Made by a program: the position numbers and the translations under genes. A DNA stretch of 64,000 nucleotides from Octopus sinensis (lineage: Eukaryota): contig NC_043006.1 of assembly GCF_006345805.1 (NCBI RefSeq), positions 48,918,001-48,982,000 of the forward strand, read 5' to 3'. Positions 51,960 to 64,000 of the stretch are shown here, one piece after another; position 1 is the stretch's first letter; each line of letters opens with the position of its first letter. The notes beneath the pieces were generated by a model that was given only the letters and a program-made list of their open reading frames with translations, did no database searches and had not been told where the DNA came from.

Positions 51960-52480
51960 ATTCTTTTATTCTTTTACTTGTTTCAGTCATTTGACTGTGG
52001 CCATGCTAAAGGGTTTTAGTGAAAGAAATCGACCCCAGGACTTATTCTTTGTAAGCCTAGTACTTATTCTATTGGTCGCTTTTGCTAACCCACTAAGTAA
52101 CAAGAACATAATCACACCAGCATCGGTTGTCAAGTGGTGGGGAACAAACACACCCACACACACACGCACACACACATTCAATGAGCTTTTTCGGATTCTG
52201 TCTACCAAATCCACTCACAAGGCTTTGGTCGACCCAAGGCTTTAGTAGAAGACACTTGCCCAAAGTGCCATGCAGTGGGACTGAACCTAAAATCATATAG
52301 TTACAAAGGGAGCTTCTTAAACTAAGGTGCGGCTGTGTGGTAAGGAGATTGCTTCTCAACCACATGGTCTCAGGTTCAGTCCCACTGCGTGACATCTTGG
52401 ATTAGTGTCTCCTACTATAGCCTCAGGCTGACCAAGGCCATGTGAGGGAATCTGGTAGCCAAAAACTGAAAGAAGCCCAC

Positions 52481-52490
<10 letters not shown>
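51960..52490. mobile_element. Head-to-head SINE family A pair (minus 51960-52325, plus 52325-52490)
   Basis: Heads abut in inverted orientation; similar pair at 51010-51590. Confidence 0.75.
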
Positions 52491-52512
<22 letters not shown>

Positions 52513-53011
52513 ATGCCTTTCATTTCATATTGTCATGTGACTACACAGTACACATAGGGTTGGGCAAAGCGATGGGAAGATGACGTAGGTCTCTGAGGGT
52601 TGGGGTGTGACATAGGGTTGCAGAGAAGAGGAACAGAAAAGATGTTCTGTTATACAAGAAGGGCTTATGATCAAAATGTTTCACAAAGAAAAAAGAGTAT
52701 AAGGTGATGGAAGTACAATCTAATTAGATAATTAAATACCACGTGCCGCCTGACTGGCTCCTGTACCGGTGGCATGTAAAAAGTACCATTCAAGCAAGGT
52801 CAATGCCAGTGCTGACTGACTGGTTCCATGCCAGTGGCACATAAAAACTGCCATTCGAGTGTCAGTGCTGCATGACTGGCTCCTGTGCCAATGGCACGTA
52901 AAAAGCACCTGCTACACTCAAGGAGTGGTTGGCGTTATGAAGGACATCAGGCTGTAGAAACATTGTCAGATCGGATTGGAGCCTGGTGCAGCCTTCTGGT
53001 TGCCAGTCCTC

Positions 53012-53111
53012 NNNNNNNNNNNNNNNNNNNNNNNNNNNNNNNNNNNNNNNNNNNNNNNNNNNNNNNNNNNNNNNNNNNNNNNNNNNNNNNNNNNNNNNNN
53101 NNNNNNNNNNN
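53012..53111. other. Assembly gap (100 N)
   Basis: Run of n. Confidence 1.
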
Positions 53112-53836
53112 AAAGAAGACCGATAGAATAAGTACAGGCTTAACAAAAGAATAAGACATGGGGTCGATTTCTTCAAGTAAAAAACCCTTTATGGTGGTGC
53201 TCCAGCATGGCCGCATTCAAATGACTGAAACAAGTAAGAGAATAAAAGAATATAAAGAGACCGATAGAATAAGTACCAGGCTTTAAAAAAAAAGTATTGG
53301 GCTTGATTCATTCAACTAGAATTCTTCAAGGTAGTACCCCAGTATGGCCACAGTCTAATGACTGAAACAAGTAAAAGGTAAAATATACACACACACATAC
53401 ACACACAGCCACAGGAATGGCTGTGTGGTAAGAAGCTTGCTTCTCAAACACATGATTCTGGGTTCAGTCCCACTGCACAGCACCTTGGGCAAGTGTGTTC
53501 TACTACAGCCTCAGTCTAACCAAAGCCTTGTGAGTGGATTTTGTAGACAGAAACTAAAAGAAGTCCATCATGTGTGTGTGTGTGTGTGTGTGTGTCACTG
53601 AAAGATAGGTCTAGAGAGATTGTAGAGACGCTTGAACAGAGACGTGTTGATGTATGTTGCATACAAGAGATAAGAGGGAGAAGAAAAAGAGATCAATACG
53701 ATAAATACTAGACTTACAAAAATACGACCTGAGGGTCAATTTCTTCGACTAAAACCCTTTAAGGTGGTACATGCCACATGATGATGATAATGATATATAT
53801 ACATGATGATGATGATGATATATATACATGTGTATG

Positions 53837-53877
<41 letters not shown>

Positions 53878-53896
53878 ATATAATACATATATATGT

Positions 53897-53937
<41 letters not shown>

Positions 53938-54287
53938 ATATATATATATACAACATATATAATACATATATAGGTGTGTGTGTGTGTATATATATAATAT
54001 ATATAATATATATATATATATAGGTATATATTGTATGTGTATATATATGTGTGTATATATATGTACATATTTATGTGTGTCTATGCATTTGTCCCCCTGC
54101 CATCATTTCACAACCAATGCTGGTGTGTTTATGTCTCTGTAACTTAGCGGTTCGGCAAAAGAGACCAATACAATAAGTACTAGGCTTACAAAGAATACGA
54201 CCTGGAGGTTCAATTTCTTCGGCTAAAACCTTTTAAGGTGGTACTCCAGCATGGCCACAGTCAAATGACTGAAACAAGTAAAAATAA

Positions 54288-54290
<3 letters not shown>
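53112..54290 (+). mobile_element. Cluster of SINE family A pieces with expanded microsatellite
   Basis: Two 3' ends (53112-53385), then a split copy 53410-54290 with a locally duplicated tail piece at about 53716-53770. Confidence 0.7.
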
Positions 54291-54320
<30 letters not shown>

Positions 54321-56483
54321 TGTAAACATGATGCTAAAACTTGCAACATAAAGTAATATTTTACATCATAAGCAAGTTTGAGATAGAAAAGAGAAACAGG
54401 CTCAACTGGAATGTGAACTATGTATCTATATGTTGCTAGGTGACTGTTGCCACTTACTTACACTACACAGTGCCAGCAAATCTTTCCTTCGCAAACCAAG
54501 TAATTTAATCTATTTCTCTGTTATTTTCTTATTGTTTTAACTGCAAGAGGTGGGAGTAACTAAAAGGTTTCACTAAACCAGTCTGTTTATAGCTGGCTAT
54601 AAAGTATAGCCACTAGAACTGGGTAAGTCCTAGTGGCCATACCTCAACCAAATTTTGATTGGGAACTAAAAGCTCTGCCTATTTACACCGTACGTAATAA
54701 AACCTGGATCATTTACAAGGCTGAGATAAATATACAGGGGCCAATGACAAAATTACTTGCACAGCAAGTGGATAATGGTTTCAATTTTGGTACGAGGCTA
54801 GCAATTTTGTGTGTATGTGTCTGTGGGGCAAGTCAATCGAATTAACCCCAGTGCTTAACTGGTATTTATTTTATCGACCCCGAATAAATGAAAGGCAAAG
54901 TCAACCTCAGTAGAATTGGAACTCAGAACACAGAGACAGATAAAAAGCCGCTAAGCATCTTGCCTAGCGTGCCAGCGATTCTGCCAGCTCACCACCTGAT
55001 AATGGTTGAAGGCACTTAGAGCATTGTTATTTTTAACAAACTAGTCTATTATAATGAGATATATTAGTATTTTTGTTCTGCTATTTAGAATTAGCAGCCA
55101 AAGACCACTGCTTCATTTAGCAACAGTTTAAATATGCATACCATTATAAATAACCGGAATATTTGCCTCTGCTACCATACCATTCTTGTTCCAAAATGAC
55201 ATCCTCAGGTGCTGGCTGATTGCTTTCAACTGCTTTATACAACAAATGAAACCACACACACACACACACACACACGTGCATACGCACAAACAAACATAAG
55301 CAGATAGAAAATCAAAGAGGATAGATGAAATCGTACTTTCGTTATAGTCAGCTTCATCCCGAGGAGAAGTTAAGAAGTCTCTCGCCTAGCAACACAGCTT
55401 CATTCCGTAACCTTTCAATCCTCAATCCCATCCCCAAGACACATGCTCATCAACCTTTACTTGGTTATTAATGAATTAAAAGGAAAAGTCAATAAAGGTG
55501 ACACATTTGCTTTCAGAAACTCCCAAGATTCTAAAACCACTAAAATATTTCCACTAAATGGATGAAAGAATATAATCCAAAAGAGTAATATATAAGAAAT
55601 GGTTCTTGCTTTGCTTTATCTAATATCTTTTCCCAACAGATGGGATAAACAAGCATCAGAAATAGTCTAGATAGAAATAGTACGTAATCTCAGAATTTCA
55701 AAATGCCGACCTTCATTGCAATGAACTGAAGTTTATGGATGAAAGGAAGACAAGATTTTTCTGTCAGCTATTATTACAAAGCTTTATAGTACTGCGACAG
55801 AAATAAATGTTTTGTGTTGGTTTAGAATAATAAGCCAGGAAGGGATAAGGTATTTGGGAGTTCTTAAAACATTTTGTATAATGCACAAAAGAAACAACGG
55901 AATTACAGAATGCTTTTAAAGAAGATAACATATGCCATAGTCATTTCTCAGTAAATATTTTGATCGAAAAGTCATCAGGAGTATAAGACAGATTTAGCTT
56001 GGGTCATAGAACAGCATAAAAGACGATTGTAGTGAAATGACATTTTCTAAACAAAAAACAAATATTGTAAGACATGATGATGATGATGATGATGATTTTC
56101 TCCTTTTTATCTTAAAACATTCACACTTTTCCAATCAAATTAAAACATCAAAATTTCAATCATGTTGAATCTTTTAAATGATTAAAAAGAACAAAAAAAA
56201 AAACAAAAACATTTAACATTTTCAAATCTTTAAAAGCAATCATTTGGAAATAAATTGACAATATCATAGATACCAAGCAAAAGAGTAATAAAAATATCAT
56301 TTTCTTCATGAAATTACTTAAATGAACAAGAAAAAATCATTTTTCTACCAGTAAAACAAGAGGATTTATTGTTTTATAAATAATTTTATTTTCATCTATA
56401 AAACTGCCTCTATATTACTATATGACTTTGGCATGGGTTTGACAGATTATCAAAGTTTGAGTTAGTGTTTATTCACAGTTATA

Positions 56484-56664
56484 GGCGTAGGAGGGGCTGT
56501 GTGGTAAGTAGCTTGCTTACGAACCACATGGCTCCGGGTCAGTCCCACTGTGTGGTACCTTGGGCAAGTGTCTTCTGCTATAGCCTCCGGGCCGACCAAA
56601 GCCTTGTGAGTGGATTTGGTATACGGAAACTGAAAGAAGTCCGTCATATATATGTATATATATG

Positions 56665-56700
<36 letters not shown>

Positions 56701-56885
56701 TGTGTGTCTGTCTCCCCAACATCGCTTGACAACCGATGCTGGTGCGTTTACATCCCCGCAACAAAAGAGACCATAGAATAAGTAGTACTAGGCTTACAAA
56801 GAATAAGTCCTGGGGTCGATTTGCTCGACTAAAAGGCGGTGCTCCAGCATGGCCACAGTCAAATGACTGAAACAAGCAAAAGAGT
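56484..56885 (+). mobile_element. SINE family A
   Basis: Full-length consensus match. Confidence 0.85.
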
Positions 56886-57962
56886 TATTGCCTTCCTAGA
56901 TACACCAAGGATCTCCTCCCACTCAGATGTTACATTTTTGGCATGATTTCTGCAGTTGGGTACTCTTCTGCTTTACATAGTGTAATGCGTACATTTTTGT
57001 CAAGGCACCAGCACAAAAGTAGTTTGTCTTCTTTCTAGCAAGACTAAAGAATTCTCTCTATGCAGTCTCCCTATATTCACTAGCACCAAAGAAGTTGTTC
57101 TGCCCCTTTCTCTACCCAACCAAAACTAAAGAGAGTTCCCTTCTCTCTTCATAGTCTCCAGTTGTTTGTTCCTTTCTTTCCTACCACAACAGGATGGGAA
57201 GAGAACCCTCCCCCACCCCCTGCAGTGAAGGAGAGAGTGACAGAAAAAAGAATATAAGAAGAGAACTACAGTGATAATAACAAGCAGATGGAGAGAGGGA
57301 GGAGGAGAGAGGGGAGGCAGAGACAGACAGGCAGGCAAGCAGACAGAGGGTAATAATGAGTGTTAGTAAGGAGATTGGATAAAAGCAAGGTAGATGAGTG
57401 ATAAAAGAGATAGTGGTCGGAACAACAGAGGAAAGAGTAATGGGAGAGAGGGAGAGAGAGAGAGAGAGACATACAGACAGACAGGCTGGCAGACAGAGAC
57501 AGCTATATGAGGGTTGTTGGTAATGAGACTATGAAGATGTGGTCTAGTGGTTAGAGGGTTGCACTCATCGTTGCATAATCGTGGGTTCAATTCCTGTTAC
57601 GTTGTGTTCTTGAGCAAAACACTTCTTTTCACACTGTTCCAGTCCACTCAGCTGTAAATGAATGACCCTGCAATGGACTGGCATCCAATTCAGCAGGAAT
57701 TTTTTGGTTTCAGTCACTTATAAGCCATGGAAACCAGTTAACTGAGTGCATGAGTTCTAAGACTTGAGACAGCAATGAAGTTGAATAGACTAGTTGAATA
57801 TGTGCAGGCGTGGCTGTGTGATAAGTAGCTTGCTTACCAACCACATGGTTCTGGGTTCAGTCCCACTGCATGGCACCTTGGGCAAGTGTTTTCTACTATA
57901 GCCTCAGGCTGACCACAGCCTTGTGAGTGGATTTGGTAGGCGGAAACTGAAAGAATCCCATC

Positions 57963-57999
<37 letters not shown>

Positions 58000-58752
58000 T
58001 ATACCATTTAAAAATAGAATAAAATCTTTATAAGAAATTATCAAGTAGTTAGCATGAAAAACCTCATAAGGGAAAAATTCATTAATTATTCCCTTTAAAT
58101 TGTTCCCAAAAGGATGAAAGGCAAAGTCGACTGCGGTGGAATTTGAACTCAGAACGTAACAGCAGACAAAATACCGCTAAACATTTTGCCCGGCATGCTA
58201 ACGTTTCTGTCAAGTCGCCGCTTTTCTTTCAGTTTCTGTATACCAAATTCACTCACAAGGCTTTGGTCAGCCCAAGGCTATAGCAATAAACACGCAGTTG
58301 GACTGAACCTGGAACCGTGTGGTTAGAGAGTAAACTTCTTACCACAGAGCTACACCTGTGCCTATGTATATGCATTGATATAGATATATTTAGGCAACAA
58401 AGCACGAACTCACGGATGAACGAAAGAATCCATCAACAAAAATACCACATGAATAAAATTCCTCAACAAAAACAGCAATTACTACAATTTTAGCACCACC
58501 CTGAAAATTTAATTCATCATTCATGACTCCATAATTAAGTTTAAAATAGCATCAGAAACAATAATTTTACATAAAAATGCACCACCTAATACAGTCCTGC
58601 TGAAATCTATAGAAATCTTTAGAAAATTTTAATAATTTTGATAGGATTCTAAATCCTCTTTTTTCTTTTCTTTCCCCCCACACAATCAAGAGATCATGTA
58701 AGTAAACTGCATTTGCCTTGCTGCCATTTGCTAAGTTCTTTTTCAATATTAC

Positions 58753-58812
58753 CTGACCAGAACCACAGGGCCACAATGAGGAAAACTATGAGGAAAACCC
58801 AGTGCCAGTTAT
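58753..58812 (-). CDS. Candidate 60-nt exon with hydrophobic peptide (NWHWVFLIVFLIVALWFWS)
   Basis: Acceptor tttcttactcttgattcacAG, donor CAG/GTAATA, symmetric phase 1-1; only one open frame. Confidence 0.22.
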
Positions 58813-59005
58813 CTGTGAATCAAGAGTAAGAAACTCTGAGTAGTGATTCATAGAGACTCAGATTTGAGTGAATAATGTTACAGTAATCCCTCGACTATTG
58901 CAAGTGTTACATTCCAAAATCCCCTGCAATTCTTGAAAATCCATCAAGTAAAAACAGTACTGTACTGAATATTCTTTAAAATTATTTTTTATAATTTGTA
59001 TATAA

Positions 59006-60205
59006 GGTGCAGGAGTGGCTGTGTGGTAAGTAGCTTGCTTACCAACCACATGGTTCTGGGTTCAGTCCACTGTGTGGCACCTTGGGCAAGTGTCTTCTAC
59101 TATAGCCTCGGGCCGACCAAAGCCTTGTGAGTGGATTTGGTAGATGGAAACTGAAAGAAGCCTGTCGTATATATGTATATATATATGTTTGTGTGTTTGT
59201 GTTTGTTCCCCCAACATCCCTTGACAACTGATGCTGGTGTGTTTATGTCCCCGTAACTTAGTGGTTCAGCAAAAGAAACCAACAGAATAAGTACTAGGCT
59301 TACAAAGAATAAGTCCTGGGGTCGATTTGCTCGACTAAAAGGCGGTGCTCCAGCATGGCCACAGTCAAATGACTGAAACAAGTAAAAGAGTAAAAAAAAA
59401 AAGAGGAATCAAACAAAAGATTGAATTTGAATGTAAAATTTGCAGCGACACCATAATATAATAGTTAGCATATGTGCTCAACCGGCAAGAAATATGTGGT
59501 TTAGTTTTTGTTTGGAGGTCACTGCAATTTTCCTTCAAACATATATATGCATACGTATATGTCTTTCAAACAGTTATTCAAAAGTAATGAAAGTATCTTA
59601 GTGTATGTAATAACAGTTGAAATCTTGAATGCATGTGAGAATCCTTTGAACAGTAAATACAGTGGAAACGGGTTATAAATCAGTACATAGTTATATATCT
59701 TAGATTAACATAACGGAGAGAAGAATATGCTTATGTTTGGGGTAGTACATGTATGTGTGTGTGTGCACATGAGCATACATGTGGTGGCGGAGTGAGGGGG
59801 TTGTGTGAGAGGGGAGGGTTGTGTGTGCGTGTGGTGAGGAGAGTATAATATGTATGGCAGAGTGTATATGCATGTATGGGAGATTATATAAGCATGTGTG
59901 GGGAAAATATGTATGTAAGCATGCATGGGTGGGAGAATATTTATGTATATGTGGGTGACTATATACCCATCTGTGGTAGAGTCTATATATATATATATAT
60001 AGGCATAGGAGTGACTGTGTGGTAAGTAGCTTGCTTACCAACCACATGGTTCCAGGTTCAGTCCCACTGTGTGGCACCTTGGGCAAGTGTCTTCTACTAT
60101 AGCCTCAGGCCGACCAAAGCCTTGTTAGCAGATTTGGTAGACAGAAACTGAAAGAAGCCCGTCATATATATGTGTGTGTGTATTATATATATATATATAT
60201 ATATA

Positions 60206-60262
<57 letters not shown>

Positions 60263-61036
60263 GTGTGTGTATATGTTTGTGTGTCTGTGTTTGTCCCCTC
60301 AACATCACTTGACAACCGATGGTGGTGTGTTTACATCACCATAACTTAGCGGTTCAGCAAAAGAGACTGATAGAATAAGAACTAGGCCTATAAAGAATAA
60401 GCCCAGGGGTCCATTTGCTAGACTAAAGGCGGTGCTCCAGCATATCCACATTCAAATGACTGAAACAAGTAAAAGAGTATATATATATATATATTTGGGA
60501 ATGTATATTCATGTGTGAGAGGATGTGTATATCTATATGATAGTTTGTATATATGTACATATACACTCTCACAGTGGGGATAGCATATGTATCAACTGAG
60601 TGTGTATGTGTGCATAAAACTACATGAGAGTATGGGAAAATGTATGCATATGAAGAGGTGTACATGTTATGTTTGCATTCTTACATACCAATTAAAACAT
60701 TATGACTTCATTCCAGGACAACAATAGCTCTATGGTATGTAATGAGAAAAAAAGAATTTGCAATAATAATTGCCTTGATAAAATAAAAAGCACCCAAACT
60801 ACAGAACAATAATTAACTTCAACAAAGCTCATAGAAGTACCAATAAGCACCAATATCAAAGACATAATGTAGAAGTGGCTATGTGGTAAGTAGCTTGCTT
60901 ATGAACCACATGGTTCTGGGTTCATTCCCACTGCATGGCACCTTGGGCAAGTGTCTTCTACTATAGCCTCAGGCCGACCAAAGCTTTGTGAGCGGATTTG
61001 GCAGACGGAAACTGAAAGAAGCCCGTCATGTATATG

Positions 61037-61073
<37 letters not shown>

Positions 61074-61255
61074 ATAAATGTTTGTGTGTCTGTGTTTATC
61101 CCCCCAACATCGCTTGACAGTCGATGCTGGTGTGTTTACGTCCCCGTAACTTAGCGGTTTGGCAAAAAGAGACCGATAGAATAAGTACTACACTTAGAAA
61201 GAATAAGTCCTGGCATCGACTTGCTCAACTAAAAGCGGTGCTCCAGCATGGCCAG
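59006..61255 (+). mobile_element. Three same-orientation SINE family A copies (59006-59395, 60002-60480, 60870-61255)
   Basis: Each has head, core, microsatellite and tail. Confidence 0.85.
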
Positions 61256-61757
61256 ACGACAACAATGATTATGATGATGGAGAGAAGGAGGAGGATGATA
61301 ATGAAGACAATGATGAGGAGGAAAACAATGAGATGAGGAGGAGGATGAGGATGTGTACCAATGGCTTGCATATTTTTCTTTTTGCACAATTCCACAATGA
61401 TTCAACACACTTCCATTACATTGAATGCTATATCATGTTATCTAACAAGCAATCTATTATCCACTATTTATTTTAGTCTCATTTCAAAACACATCTGTTC
61501 TTTCATGACTTCATTTTAAAAAAAAATAATATCACTTCTTACAAGGTAAGCACTTTTACCTTCCTGGGACAGCAAAGATTAAGACAACAGGGAAGGTATT
61601 CTATTTCCTTATCTTTCATTATCTTTCCACACTTCTGCAAATTTTTTGTGCTACACGTAATATACTTACTTTATATCATCTCTTTACACATCCGTGAACT
61701 TTTGTGCTAGAGCAAAGGGCGAAAATGTTCCCCAGGGCAAAAAGTGGGAATTTTATT

Positions 61758-62278
61758 TACCGTAAATCCATGAGTATAGTCCGCCCTTGAGTATAATACG
61801 CAGGGGATTTTTAGGGGCTGTACCTCTGAAAAATCTAAACCTTGTGTATAATATGCACCCCTTCTCTAACTTGAGTCGTGTGTAATAAGCCAGCAGCACC
61901 TAGTCGAACAAACACTTCCGCACATGCGTAATACAATAATGGTGATGTTCTTAACTGTTATATGGAAATGTAAATATGTTTGCAAATTGTTTTTTTTACA
62001 TATTATTCTGTGTTTTGAATACTTTTATTCTAATAAATGTTGCTTACTGCAAGTTATGGATGATTCTTTTATGACTGCATTGCTTTCAGGCTTAGCTTAA
62101 GGTATTTTTGCGCCCGACATCACAAAATGCGTCTGAATAAACATTGCCGGACAGCAAATAGAAACTCAGACATTGCTTAGAAAATATTTTTCATTTTTAA
62201 CTTCGTATATAGTGTGCACTAGGGATTTTGACCTTTAAATTTTGGGGAAAAAATGCGGATTATACTCGAGTTCTACAA
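61758..62278. mobile_element. Non-autonomous Tc2/pogo-like DNA transposon
   Basis: Left end TACCGTAAATCCATGAGTATAGTCCGC; right end GCGGATTATACTCGAGTTCTAC is an imperfect inverted match; internal repeats of GTATAATA(C/T)GCA. Confidence 0.55.
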
Positions 62279-62299
62279 GAGTTCTACAGTTATCACAAA

Positions 62300-63150
62300 T
62301 GTATCTTCAGTACCATTCTTAAATCTGTAGAGCTTGTTTCAACATTATTTGGCTTTTTGGCTTCATGCTCTTGCTTCATGTGGCTTGGGTTGTTCCAAGT
62401 TAATGGTCCCAGAGACATCATCATGCATAGAGCTGACCAGGTCCACCAGGGCTCTCTATTGCTGGCAGTCCAGTGCCAGCCGCTCTGCATCCTCCAGAGT
62501 AATGTTGAGCCACTGCAGATTTTCCCCAACCATGTTCAGCCATCTGGTGCAGAGTCTGCCACAAGGCCTCTACCAACCTGCAGTTACTGTGTTGAATGAG
62601 AGTAAATCCCTGGTAGGATGATCTAGTGGGAGATGGAGGACATGTCTGTACCAGCACATGTGATGTTGTTGTTAAGCAACAAGACAGGTAAGGGTGATTA
62701 GGTGATAGTCTAGGGCTTAGGGGCGGGAGACCCCAGATCTTGGTAGAAAAAAAACTTTGATCGTCTTGTTGTAGTCGAGGCTCTTCGTTGACACCACTGG
62801 GAGGTGGCCCTCGAAGTCATTGGAAATGGAGATCTCCAGGTCCAAGTTCTTGAACGGCCACATATGATGGATAGCTATGAGGTGGGTAGCAGCAAGCTGA
62901 TGTATCCTTGCATGCAGTTCTTTGTTGGAAACATGATGGTATCATCTGATATTTTCATTGGTTCTCAGGGTTTTGCTATCAAAGCTGTCATTCCTCTATG
63001 ACTGGGTTTTCGAGAGGAGCCACATTTCTACTCCATAGAAGAGAATAGAGAGGACCAATGCATTGTAGATGCAGAATTTTGTCTTCCAGGAGGTAGAGAA
63101 CCAGAGGGACTTCCATAGGGAATACATGATCCTAACAGTCAGACCACATT
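62300..63150 (-). mobile_element. Degenerate RTE-like LINE 3' fragment
   Basis: Translates MCWYRHVLHLPLDHPTRDLLSFNTVTAGW*RPCGRLCTRWLNMVGENLQWLNITLEDAERLALDCQQ*RALV, matching the pattern LRWYGHVLR...WRRPRGRPRTRW...DRxxWR. Confidence 0.72.
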
Positions 63151-64000
63151 ATTTAGTCAATATATATACTGCAAGGTCAAAGGGTATCATTGACAGATTT
63201 GAAAGAAACAACTAATCTTAGTCATTAGCCAAGCTGTACAATGAATAAACTTACAGATCCATTTGAAGCTCAAGGAGTCCAGAATTTGTTATATTGTTAT
63301 TAACACTACAAGTTATCTAAATCCTAACTTTTCAATCACCTCAATCCATTGTCTGGTGTTATTAACATAAAAATCTTTAACATAATGAAGTGATGCTATG
63401 GAGGTATATAGATTTAAACATCAAATAAAAGTAAGAGAATACATATGACACAGAATTTCAATGGATCCCACCACCCCTGGCAAGTAATACTAAATGCCAA
63501 ATGCACTTCTAATTATATAAACAGACAGACAGAGAGTGAGTGGCAGAGAGGCAGACAGGCTAGCAGGCAGATAGATAGGCAGACAGACAGATTTATAATG
63601 ATCTTTGTCAATTTATTCTTTCTTTTTTTTTTTCTCTTTCTTTTATTATGCTAAGGTGTTCCAGTTCTCAGCAAAACCTTTTACTTATCAAGGCTGACAA
63701 TTTCTGTTTACAGAAACACAATAGATATGATTAATTTAATAGAATTGTCGTCTTTATCTCCTTAATAAAATAAACACTACAAATAAACAGGCAGGAATTC
63801 AGGTATCCAGGTTGCAAATGAACCTTTCTTTCGAGTATTGTTGGTTTGTATGTCTTTTATCTTTGGCTAGTTCTAGTCAATGGTTGAGGCAATGCCTTAA
63901 AGAGTTCAACCAAACAAATCAACTTGATTTTAAATCTATTACTTACTCTATCAATCTCTATTGCCAAATCATTAAGTTACACAGACATTGACAAATCAAT

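Noticed and set aside
55638-55680. Strong plus-strand acceptor followed by WDKQASEIV*
   Set aside because: No upstream plus-strand exons identified; too short to support.
61670-61706. Minus-strand 37-nt segment with strong acceptor and donor
   Set aside because: Stops in all three frames; could only be a UTR exon and there is no support.

Overview
Eukaryotic, AT-rich, repeat-saturated genomic DNA. The SINE/LINE families and the microsatellite load look like an octopus (coleoid cephalopod) genome; this is recognition from memory, not a database result. One protein-coding gene is well supported: two consecutive minus-strand exons (11991-11813 and 3880-3681) with canonical splice sites and compatible phases encode the N-terminal region of an Atos/FAM214A (ATOSA) homolog, which continues off the left edge of the window. 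Most of the rest is three tRNA-derived SINE families (called A, B and C here), RTE-type and Dong/R4-type LINE fragments, MITEs, mini/microsatellites and a 100-N gap. Nearly all long ORFs in the supplied track are microsatellite artefacts. The most notable signals are two different foldback (long inverted-repeat) elements whose arms carry minimal type I hammerhead-ribozyme motifs of the Penelope-like/retrozyme kind. One has an intact core at 38463-38536. The other is fused to a tRNA-like Pol III head inside the Atos intron. Several further long hairpins sit in (TA)n tracts. SINE boundaries are approximate (about +/-10-20 nt). No prokaryotic features or CRISPR arrays.
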